DNA of 32,000 bases, taken from contig NC_014148.1 of the NCBI RefSeq assembly GCF_000092105.1, positions 3,630,001 through 3,662,000 of the forward strand, read 5' to 3'. The stretch is from Planctopirus limnophila DSM 3776. GTDB taxonomy: Bacteria; Planctomycetota; Planctomycetia; Planctomycetales; Planctomycetaceae. How positions within the stretch are numbered: position 1 is the first letter of the stretch; each line of letters opens with the position of its first letter. The notes below the pieces were generated by a model. That model made no database searches. It saw only the letters and a program-made list of their open reading frames with translations, and had not been told where the DNA came from. This document shows, piece by piece, positions 16,719-25,725 of this stretch. The translations under genes and the position numbers were made by a program.

Positions 16719-18032
16719 TCAATCCGCCACAGCAAGGCAGATTCTGGGGCCGCGAACACTACTCGAAAGATCCAGCTCACTCATCGCCTCTTGCAATTGG
16801 CCAGCCGTCGTGCGATGCGTCATGATCACGAGCGGCACCACGGGGGTGTTGCTCTTGGCATCGACTTCAGGCGCTTCCGGCTGCACAATCGAAGCGAGGC
16901 TGATGCCCTTAGCCCCCAGAATGCCCGTGACTTCGGCCATCACGTTCGGTTTATCTTCAACCCGCAATCGTAGGAAATAGCGGCTCGTCGTCTGATCGGC
17001 CGGCATCACCGGGTATTCGGGACGCTCACGCCAAAGATCGAGCCTCTCGAAAGTCAGTTGTGCCCGACCCACCGCGAGATCAATCAAGTCAGCAGCACAT
17101 GCCGATGCCGTCGGAGCCTGCCCTGCTCCACGGCCCGAATACCACATTTTGCCAACCATGTCGCCTTCGAGCAAAACGGCATTAAACGGGCCAGAAATCT
17201 GCGAAAGAGGCGTATCCTTGCGAATCAAAGTGGGCCGGACACTCATTTCCAACTCGCGATTGGTGAGCCGGGCCTGTGCCAGTAACTTGATGTGATAACC
17301 CAGATCACTGGCACATTTGAGGTCGCTCAAATCGAGCGAATCGATCCCTTGAATTTCGAACTGGCTGGTGGTGACGCGGGTGCCAAAGGCCAGCTGGCAC
17401 AAAATCCCCAGCTTCTGGGCAGCATCCAGCCCATTGACATCCAAGGTTGGATCGGACTCGGCATAGCCAAGATCCTGGGCCTGTTTGAGAGCCGTGTGAT
17501 AATGCTGGTGGTTGGCCTGCATCTCCGTGAGAATGTAGTTGCTGGTTCCATTCAGAATGGCCTGAATGCCAATGATCTGATTGGCCGCCATCGACTGCCC
17601 GACAGCCGCAATAATGGGAATTCCACCCGCCACAGCCGCCTCAAAGCAAACTGTACGCCCGTATTCTCTGGCGGCTTGGAAAATCTCATTCCCATGTTCA
17701 CACAAGAGGGCTTTATTGGCCGTGACGACGTCTTTTCCCGCTTTGAGAAGTGCCAGAATGACTTCTCGTGCGGGATGAATCCCCCCCATCAGCTCCATGG
17801 CGACCGTAATTTCCGGGTCGTTGATCACAGCCTGAATATCATTCGTCAAGACACCGCTTTCGAGGCGGATGTCCCTTGGCTTGTTCAGGTTACGAACAAC
17901 TGCCCGCTTGAGGACAATGGGTCGGCCAGCCCGCTCGGCAATGCGATGCGGGTGATCCGTGAGAATCCGAGCCACGCCTGTGCCCACGTTGCCTAAACCA
18001 ACGATTCCAACCTTCAATGGTGCGACCGCCAT
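16719..18032 (-). CDS. hom: homoserine dehydrogenase with C-terminal ACT domain
   Basis: KVGIVGLGNVGTGVARIL NAD-binding N-terminus, catalytic core ...NGTSNYILTEM...AQDLGYAESDPTLDVNGLDAAQKL..., and an ACT-like C-terminus YFLRLRVEDKPNVMAEVTGILGAKGISLASIVQ. The ATG at 18032 has GGAGA 5 nt upstream. The track start at 18050 is a TTG. Confidence 0.92.
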   Translation of the reverse strand: MAVAPLKVGIVGLGNVGTGVARILTDHPHRIAERAGRPIVLKRAVVRNLNKPRDIRLESGVLTNDIQAVINDPEITVAMELMGGIHPAREVILALLKAGKDVVTANKALLCEHGNEIFQAAREYGRTVCFEAAVAGGIPIIAAVGQSMAANQIIGIQAILNGTSNYILTEMQANHQHYHTALKQAQDLGYAESDPTLDVNGLDAAQKLGILCQLAFGTRVTTSQFEIQGIDSLDLSDLKCASDLGYHIKLLAQARLTNRELEMSVRPTLIRKDTPLSQISGPFNAVLLEGDMVGKMWYSGRGAGQAPTASACAADLIDLAVGRAQLTFERLDLWRERPEYPVMPADQTTSRYFLRLRVEDKPNVMAEVTGILGAKGISLASIVQPEAPEVDAKSNTPVVPLVIMTHRTTAGQLQEAMSELDLSSSVRGPRICLAVAD

Positions 18033-18267
18033 GGGGTCTCCGACATACAACAGTTAAGAGCGCTTGCAGAATTCGGTTTTGAATAGAGAGAAGTCATGTT
18101 AGAAACAGCTTTTCGCCACCCAATAATGTTGTCATCGTAATGGCGGTGAAGATGTCCTGCCACACTACAGGCGTACTTCAACTCGACCACCCACTGAACA
18201 TCCGTGACAATCCGGCTGATCCACTGTTATTAGTTTTCCACCTTCCACTTTGAAAGGAGACTTGGGC

Positions 18268-19164
18268 ATGTCCATCACAACCCCTGCTTTCCAGGTGGGA
18301 GCGGTGACTTATCTGAATTCCAAGCCGCTGATTGAAGATCTGCCTGAACTTTTTCCCAATTCCACGTTAAAGCTCGATTATCCCAGCCGACTGGCGGATG
18401 CTCTGGCGGCCCATCAACTCGATGTGGCACTCATTCCATCCATCGAATACTTCCGGCTGGCACCAAAAACTCCCTGCAGGATTGTCTCCGACGCCTGTGT
18501 GGCCACACACGGCCCGGTGCACAGCGTGAAACTCTACAGCAGAGTCCCCTGGAATAAAGTTCGCACACTGGCGCTGGATGAAGGCTCTCGTACCAGTGCC
18601 ACACTTGCCAGAATTCTGCTGCATGAACGCCTGGGACTGAAACCAGAACTCACGTCATTTCCTCTGGGTTCATCGATCGAAGAGACTGCTGCCGACGCAG
18701 TACTGATGATTGGTGATCGCGCGATGTCAGCCCCACGAGAGACATTCTTCGATGCGTGGGATTTGGGCGAAGAGTGGCATCGAGATACCAACCTGCCCTT
18801 TGTGTTCGCCATGTGGGTGGCGACTGGCAGACTGGTAGAATCCTCACACATCAAGCCAGACCGAATTCATCAACCGACCGATCCTGATGCCTCAGAGCCG
18901 TTCCATCTCGACCATCTGGCTGCCTTGCTTGCCGAAGCCCGCGATCGAGGCGTGGCTCGCTGTGAAGCTGTGGCTGCCCGAGAAGCACAACACATGCGGC
19001 TGACAACTGAAGAGATTGTCCGCTACTTTACTGAGAATCTGTTTTTCACTATGGGGCCAGACGAAAAGCGAGGACTGCAGTTGTACTATCAACTTGCCAC
19101 CCGCCTGAATCTGGCCCCGTCAGGAGTTCAATGTGAGTTCTGCGATCCAGTCCATTCTCGATAA
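18268..19164 (+). CDS. mqnA: chorismate dehydratase MqnA (futalosine pathway of menaquinone synthesis)
   Basis: VGAVTYLNSKPLIEDL...LDYPSRLADALAAHQLDVALIPSIEYFR...LDEGSRTSATLARILL... is the PBP-like MqnA signature. The ATG at 18268 has AGGAG 8 nt upstream. The track start at 18250 is a TTG. Confidence 0.85.
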   Translation: MSITTPAFQVGAVTYLNSKPLIEDLPELFPNSTLKLDYPSRLADALAAHQLDVALIPSIEYFRLAPKTPCRIVSDACVATHGPVHSVKLYSRVPWNKVRTLALDEGSRTSATLARILLHERLGLKPELTSFPLGSSIEETAADAVLMIGDRAMSAPRETFFDAWDLGEEWHRDTNLPFVFAMWVATGRLVESSHIKPDRIHQPTDPDASEPFHLDHLAALLAEARDRGVARCEAVAAREAQHMRLTTEEIVRYFTENLFFTMGPDEKRGLQLYYQLATRLNLAPSGVQCEFCDPVHSR

Positions 19165-20341
19165 AGCCGTCCAGGGAGATCGCCTGTCGTTTGATGAAGG
19201 CCTTGCCCTGATCTCATCGCACGATTTACCTGCGATTGGAGATGCGGCTCATCGTGTGACCCATCGCCTCCATCCCGAACCATTTCGAACTTATAACATC
19301 GACCGGAATATCAACTACACCAATATCTGCACGGCTGTCTGCGATTTCTGTGCGTTCTATCGACCGCCCAAACATGCCGAAGGGTACGTGCTTTCGAAAG
19401 AAGAACTGCACCAGAAAATTGCCGAGACTGTCGAGCTTGGTGGCGATCAGATTCTGCTCCAGGGGGGATTGCATCCTCAGTACAAACTGGAGTGGTACGA
19501 GGAGATGTTGAGCGGGATCAAGTCGGCCTTTCCGCAGGTCAACATTCACGGCTTCTCCCCTCCCGAGATATACCACTTTACGAAGGTCAATAAGCTTCCA
19601 CTGAAGACCATTCTCGAACGGCTCAAAGAGGCTGGCTTGGGGAGTTTGCCCGGGGGTGGCGGTGAAATTCTCGTCGATCGCGTTCGCAAGGAGATCACCC
19701 GCGGTAAGGTGCTGACCGACGATTGGCTCGACGTGCATCGTGAGTGGCACAAGCTTGGCGGGAAATCGACCTGCACGATGATGTACGGTCATGTCGAAAC
19801 ATTGGCGGAACGAATTGAGCACCTCGAACGATTGCGTCAGCTGCAGGATGAAACCGGCGGCTTCACCGCGTTCATCTGCTGGTCTTTCCAGCCCGATCAT
19901 ACCGAGATGGCTCACATTCCACCGGCTGGCGCTTTTGAATATCTGAAGACTCAGGCCGTCGCGAGGCTCTACCTCGACAATATTCCTAATATCCAGTCTT
20001 CATGGGTCACTCAAGGTGAGAAAATTGGAGGCCTCGCTTTGTTCTACGGGGCCAACGATATGGGAAGCCTGATGATCGAAGAGAACGTGGTGGCACAAGC
20101 CGGGACAGTCCATCATTTGACACTGGCCACAATTCGCCGACTTATTGAAGATGCAGGCTATATTCCCAGACAACGCAATGTCTTCTACGAGTATATCGAC
20201 CAATATCCACCAGCGCCCGGGACAACCTTACCCGAGTTACCGCTTCCTCATCCAACAGCATTACCTGTGACACCCGCGATGACTGACGATCCGAATATCA
20301 CTAGCGACCTCAATAAAAAGCTACTTCCCGTCCTTAATTAA
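19133..20341 (+). CDS. mqnC: radical SAM futalosine-pathway enzyme, MqnC-type (cyclic dehypoxanthinyl futalosine synthase); the paralogous MqnE cannot be excluded
   Basis: CxxxCxxC cluster in NINYTNICTAVCDFCAFYR. ETVELGGDQILLQGGLHPQYKLEWYEE, ERIEHLERLRQLQDETGGFTAF and MGSLMIEENVVAQAG resemble MqnC more than MqnE as I remember the two families. GTG start at 19133 with AGGAG 6 nt upstream. It overlaps the mqnA 3' end by 32 nt. Confidence 0.8.
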   Translation: MSSAIQSILDKAVQGDRLSFDEGLALISSHDLPAIGDAAHRVTHRLHPEPFRTYNIDRNINYTNICTAVCDFCAFYRPPKHAEGYVLSKEELHQKIAETVELGGDQILLQGGLHPQYKLEWYEEMLSGIKSAFPQVNIHGFSPPEIYHFTKVNKLPLKTILERLKEAGLGSLPGGGGEILVDRVRKEITRGKVLTDDWLDVHREWHKLGGKSTCTMMYGHVETLAERIEHLERLRQLQDETGGFTAFICWSFQPDHTEMAHIPPAGAFEYLKTQAVARLYLDNIPNIQSSWVTQGEKIGGLALFYGANDMGSLMIEENVVAQAGTVHHLTLATIRRLIEDAGYIPRQRNVFYEYIDQYPPAPGTTLPELPLPHPTALPVTPAMTDDPNITSDLNKKLLPVLN

Positions 20342-20517
20342 AGAAACGTTCCCTGAAAATTGACGAATAATGATACCGGCATAAAGAGTTATGGTCTGCC
20401 AGCACTTCCGACCAGGCTGTGATAGTGTCGGAAGATGACTCTGTCATTGAACAAGCGACGTTCAATTATAGCCACTGAGATCCCGAGAAAAGTCGAATAC
20501 CCAAAAGCTTTAGAATA

Positions 20518-20925
20518 TTATTTCTTCTTAGCAGCGCCGAGTTCGAAGCTTTCCCTGGTTGTACCGTCGGCTTTGACACTCAGTTTGAGCGTGGAGTTTT
20601 CGTTCCCAAACTTGGGGTCAATTCCTGAGGCTTTCAGGCTGCCATGAGAACCCTCTGGCGTACCGACAGCAACGACTGAAACAGTCGCCGCCCCCACAAC
20701 AGCCTGCCCCGAAGCAACTCCATCAGCATTTGTCTCAAGCACGACAGGTTGTCCCTTTCCAGTTGGTGAGACCTTCACAATCGTCTTCGCTGGTACGGGG
20801 GTGCCACCCACCGTCAAAGTGAGTGAGACATTGGCTGTTGGCGGTGCGTCAGTACTGCCTCCACAGCCCCCTAGAATCAGTACAGACACCATAGCACACG
20901 AGTAAGACCACATATTTCTATTCAT
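20518..20925 (-). CDS. small lipoprotein, beta-rich (carboxypeptidase-regulatory-like fold suspected)
   Basis: Track ORF 20518..20970. The ATG at 20925 (GGGAGA upstream) gives MNRNMWSYSCAMVSVLILGGCGG with a lipobox. The remainder is Thr/Val/Gly-rich beta-strand-like sequence. Transcribed divergently from a DUF1559 gene, a pairing common in planctomycete genomes. Confidence 0.7.
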   Translation of the reverse strand: MNRNMWSYSCAMVSVLILGGCGGSTDAPPTANVSLTLTVGGTPVPAKTIVKVSPTGKGQPVVLETNADGVASGQAVVGAATVSVVAVGTPEGSHGSLKASGIDPKFGNENSTLKLSVKADGTTRESFELGAAKKK

Positions 20926-21121
20926 GAAATTCTCCCAAATCCCTACAGGCAAAACTGGCACGAGCATCAACGCACGAGGAACCCAGATTTTTCGTTGCGT
21001 TCAATGAATTCATAAGCTACATTCGTATGCATAAATGTTCAATTGTTTTTGTGGCGATATCGGGAGATATGTCGACCTTCGTTGAGCCGCCACCCCTTCT
21101 CATTATTGTTCAGGAATTCTC

Positions 21122-22141
21122 ATGAATCACGCCGTTCCGTCACGAAAAGCTTTTACTCTGATTGAACTTCTGGTGGTCATCGCCATCATCGCCATTCTGA
21201 TTGCACTGCTGCTTCCCGCAGTTCAGCAAGCACGAGAAGCTGCCCGTCGCACGCAGTGTCGCAACAATCTCAAACAGTTGGGGCTGGCACTTCACAACTA
21301 TCACGATAACAGCAACATCCTTCCTCCAGGCAATATCTGGCGACTCAACGGCACGAATCAGAACCGCCCCTCGAACAATGGCGATACATTGGATCAGAAC
21401 CGCAACCTGGGCCCCAACTGGATGGTCTTCATCCTTCCATTCATCGATTCATCCCCCCTCTACAATCTTCTCGACATCAACAGCGCGATGTCGATCAATA
21501 CCGGCAACAACGCCACCATTCGCAGTACGATCATCAGTGGTTATCTCTGCCCCTCCGATTCGTTTAACGGCACGTTGTTAAACCGCTATAACACCTTCGA
21601 TAATGCTGGTACAGCGGGTACTGCCGGCCCTCGCTGGGCACGTGGAAACTACGGCGCCAACATGGGACGCGAACGAGGTGGAGTCACATCTCAATATGCT
21701 GCTGATACCGGCGATCGCCGAGGTGCGATGGGTTACGGAAGCGGCGCTCGCATGCGAGACTTCACTGACGGCACCAGCAATACAGTCATGGTCTGGGAAA
21801 TGCGTGCCGGCACAAGTGACCAGGATCCCCGCGGCACGTGGGCTTTGGGTCGTCAAGGCACCAGCATGGTGGGCGGTTGCGATAATGTCGGGGACTGCCC
21901 AGGTATCAACCCTGGCAACAGCAATTCGGAAGATGTTCACGGCTGTAACAACGACACAGGGATTCGCATGGGGTGCTTCAACGGCGCGGATGGACAAGGT
22001 GCACCACGCAGCCAACACACCGGGGGTGTGCATGCCCTTTTGGGAGACGGGACCGTCCGCTTCATTAGCGACAACATTGATTTCAACATTCACCGCGCGT
22101 TGAACAGCGTGGCTGGTGGCGAGCAGGTTGGTGAGTTCTAG
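21122..22141 (+). CDS. DUF1559 protein with N-terminal prepilin-type cleavage/methylation helix and H-X9-DG C-terminal motif
   Basis: FTLIELLVVIAIIAILIALLLPAVQQAREAARRTQCRNNLKQLGLALHNYHD at the N-terminus and HTGGVHALLGDGTVRFIS (H-x9-DG) near the C-terminus. AGGA lies 8 nt upstream of the ATG. Confidence 0.92.
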   Translation: MNHAVPSRKAFTLIELLVVIAIIAILIALLLPAVQQAREAARRTQCRNNLKQLGLALHNYHDNSNILPPGNIWRLNGTNQNRPSNNGDTLDQNRNLGPNWMVFILPFIDSSPLYNLLDINSAMSINTGNNATIRSTIISGYLCPSDSFNGTLLNRYNTFDNAGTAGTAGPRWARGNYGANMGRERGGVTSQYAADTGDRRGAMGYGSGARMRDFTDGTSNTVMVWEMRAGTSDQDPRGTWALGRQGTSMVGGCDNVGDCPGINPGNSNSEDVHGCNNDTGIRMGCFNGADGQGAPRSQHTGGVHALLGDGTVRFISDNIDFNIHRALNSVAGGEQVGEF

Positions 22142-22298
22142 ACCTAGTTCCATGCCAGCGTGTTGGCGTGAGTCGAGCGTTTGAAATTGAAAGCCTGAGT
22201 TTTGCACCAGTATGAAAGTTGACTGTCGTAGAACGAACTTGTATTTGCGATATCAACAGGTTGTCTGCCTTCGCGGATGAACTCTGACTTACTCCGTA

Positions 22299-22337
22299 AG
22301 CCCACGCAAGATGCCGATCCTGCGTGGGCTTTTTTTG
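22299..22337 (+). terminator. rho-independent terminator, 157 nt downstream of the DUF1559 stop
   Basis: 10-bp stem agcccacgca / tgcgtgggct, 12-nt loop, followed by tttttt. Confidence 0.75.
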
Positions 22338-22499
22338 GCCGAAGTATCTCCTTTGTGATGATGAGCGATTTCGACTCAGCCTTGCTTCCACAACAATTCT
22401 GTTCAATAGTTCAACACTTTATTGTGGTGTCCGTAAATCATACCTGTCCTCGTCAATCCAATGATCGATATACAGAACCTCGGTTCTCTGAGAGATTTA

Positions 22500-22856
22500 A
22501 TGACTGCAATCACCCGCTACGGAACAACTCGCCGCTGGTCTGATGTCGTCGTGCATGGTGGGGTCGCTTACTTCGTCGAAGTTCCAGCCGATGCAGCGGC
22601 CGCTCCAGAGGCACAGTTGTCACAAGTCTTTCAGCAGGTCGAAGCCACGCTCCAGAGTGTCGGGAGTCGCTTAGACCGGCTGCTGCAGGTGATGGTCTAC
22701 CTGCCTTATCCTGAGGATCTGGCCGAGTTCAACCGCCAGTGGGACAACTGGATCCCCGAAGGCCATGCCCCATCGCGTGCCTGTTTGCATGCGGCACTGG
22801 TCAATCCTGCTTATCGAGTCGAACTCGTGCTCACCGCAGCAATCATCGAGCGTTAA
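22500..22856 (+). CDS. RidA/YjgF/Endoribonuclease L-PSP family protein
   Basis: Track ORF 22461..22856. The ATG at 22500 gives a 118-aa protein MTAITRYGTTRRWSDVVVHGGVAYFVEVPAD...QVEATLQSVGSRLDRLLQVMVYL...EFNRQWDNWIPEGHAPSRACLHAALVNPAYRVELVLTAAI, the pattern of the YjgF fold. Confidence 0.85.
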   Translation: MTAITRYGTTRRWSDVVVHGGVAYFVEVPADAAAAPEAQLSQVFQQVEATLQSVGSRLDRLLQVMVYLPYPEDLAEFNRQWDNWIPEGHAPSRACLHAALVNPAYRVELVLTAAIIER

Positions 22857-23165
22857 GGCAACCTCGCTCGGAGCCGTCTTTTACAAACAACTGTTACCCA
22901 AGGGTGGCCAGGCCAACTGGTGGCCGGGTTGTCGTACTTTGTACGATGACAAGAAGCCGCGCCATGCGCATGCCCTGCCAAAACCTTTCACATGGCATTG
23001 GGTGGCACGACCCTGCAGGTTTTGCGGAAGGGCGTGGTCTTTACGTCCTTCCACGTCAAATTCAATTTACTGTAGAGTTGGCAGGGGGTTGGGGTGAGAT
23101 GTCTTCATTCGCCCCCAGTTCCACGGCGTTACCAGCACGAATTCATCCGCAACATGTTTTCCTGA

Positions 23166-23282
23166 CTTAATGGCAAGTTCGCCATCAACGATCAAAGTCC
23201 AATAACCTGGGGGCAAACGAGGACGTTTGACCCCAGCCACTCAGTCGAACTCGTGATTACAGCAGCAGTCATCGAGTGTTAA
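23166..23282 (+). pseudogene. relic of the 3' end of a second RidA-family gene
   Basis: Frame 23166-23282 reads LNGKFAINDQSPITWGQTRTFDPSHSVELVITAAVIEC-stop. Its last 17 codons parallel the end of the intact gene (NPAYRVELVLTAAIIER-stop). Roughly 80 percent of about 57 nt are identical (22817-22873 versus 23243-23300), with conservative codon changes. There is no start codon and no N-terminal two thirds. Confidence 0.45.
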
Positions 23283-23284
23283 GA

Positions 23285-23310
23285 CATGCTTGCTCGGAGC
23301 GGCAAGCATG
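23285..23310 (-). repeat. copy 2 of the repeated hairpin element (possible terminator of the pseudouridine synthase gene)
   Basis: Perfect 9-bp stem catgcttgc / gcaagcatg with an 8-nt loop tcggagcg. The flanks aaga...ggcacaca match the copy at 15124-15160. It lies 38 nt downstream of the minus-strand stop at 23348. The trailing sequence on the minus strand is TCTTAAC, a weak T-run. Confidence 0.5.
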
Positions 23311-23347
23311 GCACACAGAGCGATATCATTTCACAGAAGTGCATGAC

Positions 23348-24565
23348 TCATGATTTATCTTCAAAGTGGCTTTCGAGCCACTTGCGATCAACTTCAGGCC
23401 AGCTCAAACTGAATTCCAGTCGCTTACCAGTCATCGGATGGATAAATCCCAACCGGGCTGCATGCAGGTAGAGCCGGGGAACTCCATCGAGAGAATGTGT
23501 CCCGTAGACATCGTCTCCCACAATCGGGTTTCCTTTTTCGGAGAGATGAATTCGTACCTGATGTGTGCGCCCGGTCTCAAGCTGGCAGCGGATCCAGCTG
23601 ACAGGTGCCAACTCACCAGTTCCTGACTTGAAGTGACCCTGCCGACTGGCCACGAGATTGGTCGCAGCCATTTTTCCAGCTGGTAATGGATTGGCTGCGG
23701 GACTATCTTCAGCCCCCGCTTCGAGCATAGTTACCGGCTGGCGGCTGCCTCGGCGACCATCGCCCCGGTCTCGAATCAGTTCACTTTCCAGTCGTTGAGG
23801 CTCTATCCAGCCCCAGACCAGAGCCTCGTACTCTCGCAGCACATCGTGCGCTTGAAACTGAGCGTAGAGCTTTGCTCCCGCTTCGGGAACCCGACTCAAG
23901 ACAACGAGTCCACTCGTCTGACGATCGAGCCGGTGAGCTGCTCGCACATGACACGGCGGGGCTTTCGGGGTGTGTAATCTCGATTTTGCAGAACTTCCTG
24001 TCGCATCGCGCCGCTGAGAATCACGACGCATCTGGTCTCGACGATGAACGGGGCGTTGACCGGCGGGTAACAATGGCGGCCTGCCCGGCGATGTAGGATT
24101 TGCCCTTCCGGCAATGGTGGCCTCCCGCCCTCCCATCAAACGAATGGTGACCGCTTCATCGAGCGTCAACGCACGCCAGCGTAACTCGGGAGCATCTGGC
24201 AGATCGTCATACCGGCGCTCTGTGACCATTCCTTCAGGCTTCAGTGCGACTACGATCTGCTCATCGACATAAATCAGCTCAATCGAGTTTTCATCAGGCA
24301 ATGCAGCCGCGGGATGAGCGAGAACTTCGATTCGATCACGTTCTGTGAGACGGCGGGTTTCATCGAAGCAGGCGTACCGATTGACGAGCACCCGCCGCTG
24401 CTCGATCACTTTACGGACTGCACTCCAGCTTTGATCAGGGAGCAGTTTCCGCAAGGTGGCAACAATCGTCTGGCCAGCGAGCGAAGAATCGACCACGACA
24501 GGAGGCATAACCACAGGAGAAGGAACTGGACGAGGCACGGGCGATTCCATGAATACAAATATCAA
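23348..24565 (-). CDS. RluA-family (RluD-like) 23S rRNA pseudouridine synthase with S4 domain and large insertions
   Basis: S4-like VATLRKLLPDQSWSAVRKVIEQRRVLVNRYACFDETRRLTERDRIEV. IYVDEQIVVALKPEGM. Catalytic HRLDRQTSGLVVLSR. YEALVWG. TGRTHQVRIHLSEKGNPIVGDDVYG. An alternative ATG lies at 24550. Confidence 0.88.
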   Translation of the reverse strand: MIFVFMESPVPRPVPSPVVMPPVVVDSSLAGQTIVATLRKLLPDQSWSAVRKVIEQRRVLVNRYACFDETRRLTERDRIEVLAHPAAALPDENSIELIYVDEQIVVALKPEGMVTERRYDDLPDAPELRWRALTLDEAVTIRLMGGREATIAGRANPTSPGRPPLLPAGQRPVHRRDQMRRDSQRRDATGSSAKSRLHTPKAPPCHVRAAHRLDRQTSGLVVLSRVPEAGAKLYAQFQAHDVLREYEALVWGWIEPQRLESELIRDRGDGRRGSRQPVTMLEAGAEDSPAANPLPAGKMAATNLVASRQGHFKSGTGELAPVSWIRCQLETGRTHQVRIHLSEKGNPIVGDDVYGTHSLDGVPRLYLHAARLGFIHPMTGKRLEFSLSWPEVDRKWLESHFEDKS

Positions 24566-24700
24566 GTCGCGGCAACCAAAGCCGATACAATGCCTTGGCT
24601 GGAATTGAGAATATAACGCGAAACGATCTGCAGGGCGCGTGGATCCAGTTCAATGACTGCTCATTGCCAGTCTTTCGACACAGGTTTCTTTTGCCGTCGC

Positions 24701-25678
24701 TCAGATCCGCGAGATGACGACATACGCCAATGCCCCCAGGAGAGCACCAACGGGGACTGTGCTGACCCAGGCCAGCAGAATTTCTCCCACCGTGCGCCAT
24801 TTGGCCTGGCCGGTGGTGATGCCGATTCCCAGCAGCGAGCCCACACTGACATGCGTGGTGCTGACGGGCAGGCTGTGAAAGCTGGCAGTGGTTACCAGGA
24901 GCGCTGTCGTCAGACTGGCAGCAAACCCCTGACCGGGATTCATGGCGGTGACCTTCTTTCCCAGCGTTTCTGCCACTTTGTCGGCATCCAGTAACCCGCC
25001 CAGCGCGATCAGCACAGCGACACCCAGATATCCTCCATAGAACCCTGTTGATTCTTTCATCTCGGGTAACACCATCAGGAGTGCGACCATTTTGGGAGTA
25101 TCATTCAAACCCCGCGCAAAACTGGCAGCCCCCGCACTGGCATAGTGCAGGACATCGAGTGTTCGCGTGCGATGATCAGGTGCCAGATGGCATAACCTCA
25201 AAGTTAGATAAGCCATGCCACCAACAATGACAGCCACGACCGGGCTGAAGAACAGTGGATAAAGAAACGTTTTACCCAGTGCTGAAAACTCGACATTCGT
25301 ACCACTCCCAGCCAGACCGGCCCCGGTGATCCCACCGACCAGGGCATGTGTGGTCGAGACGGGAAAGCCCAGTCTTGTCGCCAGAAAACTGGTGCACGCA
25401 GCCCCCACAGCGACTGCACTCAAAAAGCCCGGAGACCGAACCAACTCATCAGGGACAATCCCTTTCCCGCTGAAAGCCTTCAGTAAGCCTTCTGCAAGAA
25501 AAATGGAGGCCATTGAACCGGCCAAAGTCGTGGCCGTCCCCCAGTAAAGGGCTTGCCTTAAGGTGGCTGTACCACTGCCATAGAGCGAGGCCACACCCTT
25601 GAAGTTGGCATTAGCGCCATTCGTAAATGCCACGAAGCCAACAGCAAGTATCAACAAGATCGTCAGCACGGCGAGCAC
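24701..25678 (-). CDS. PiT (PHO4) family inorganic anion permease
   Basis: Polytopic membrane protein with the two PiT half-repeats FTNGANANFKGVASLYGSG and ARGLNDTPKMVALLM. Its start lies 47 nt downstream of the rhodanese gene's stop codon, on the same strand. Confidence 0.85.
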   Translation of the reverse strand: MLAVLTILLILAVGFVAFTNGANANFKGVASLYGSGTATLRQALYWGTATTLAGSMASIFLAEGLLKAFSGKGIVPDELVRSPGFLSAVAVGAACTSFLATRLGFPVSTTHALVGGITGAGLAGSGTNVEFSALGKTFLYPLFFSPVVAVIVGGMAYLTLRLCHLAPDHRTRTLDVLHYASAGAASFARGLNDTPKMVALLMVLPEMKESTGFYGGYLGVAVLIALGGLLDADKVAETLGKKVTAMNPGQGFAASLTTALLVTTASFHSLPVSTTHVSVGSLLGIGITTGQAKWRTVGEILLAWVSTVPVGALLGALAYVVISRI

Positions 25679-25725
25679 CCCGCTTCCGTCGTATCCGAAA
25701 AGGCGATCAGTCCTGAAGCAAGGCT

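Noticed and set aside
22212-22280. 22-codon ORF (MKVDCRRTNLYLRYQQVVCLRG) in the 157-nt stretch between the DUF1559 stop and its terminator
   Set aside because: Too short, with no ribosome-binding site seen. The long 3' UTR may simply be untranslated. It is worth a ribosome-profiling check but is not reportable as a gene.
22739-23170. ORFs 22739..23170(+) and 22765..23097(+), which overlap the ridA 3' end and the spacer
   Set aside because: They are out of frame with ridA, Arg/Cys/Pro-rich and without motifs. The region is more likely non-coding spacer between convergent genes.
23067-23240. 57-codon GTG-initiated reverse-strand ORF (VAGVKRPRLPPGYWTLIVDGELAIKSGKHVADEFVLVTPWNWGRMKTSHPNPLPTLQ) in the ridA-rlu spacer
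   Set aside because: The translation looks vaguely protein-like, but the ORF is short, has no ATG and no visible Shine-Dalgarno, and overlaps the ridA relic. I cannot support it from sequence alone.
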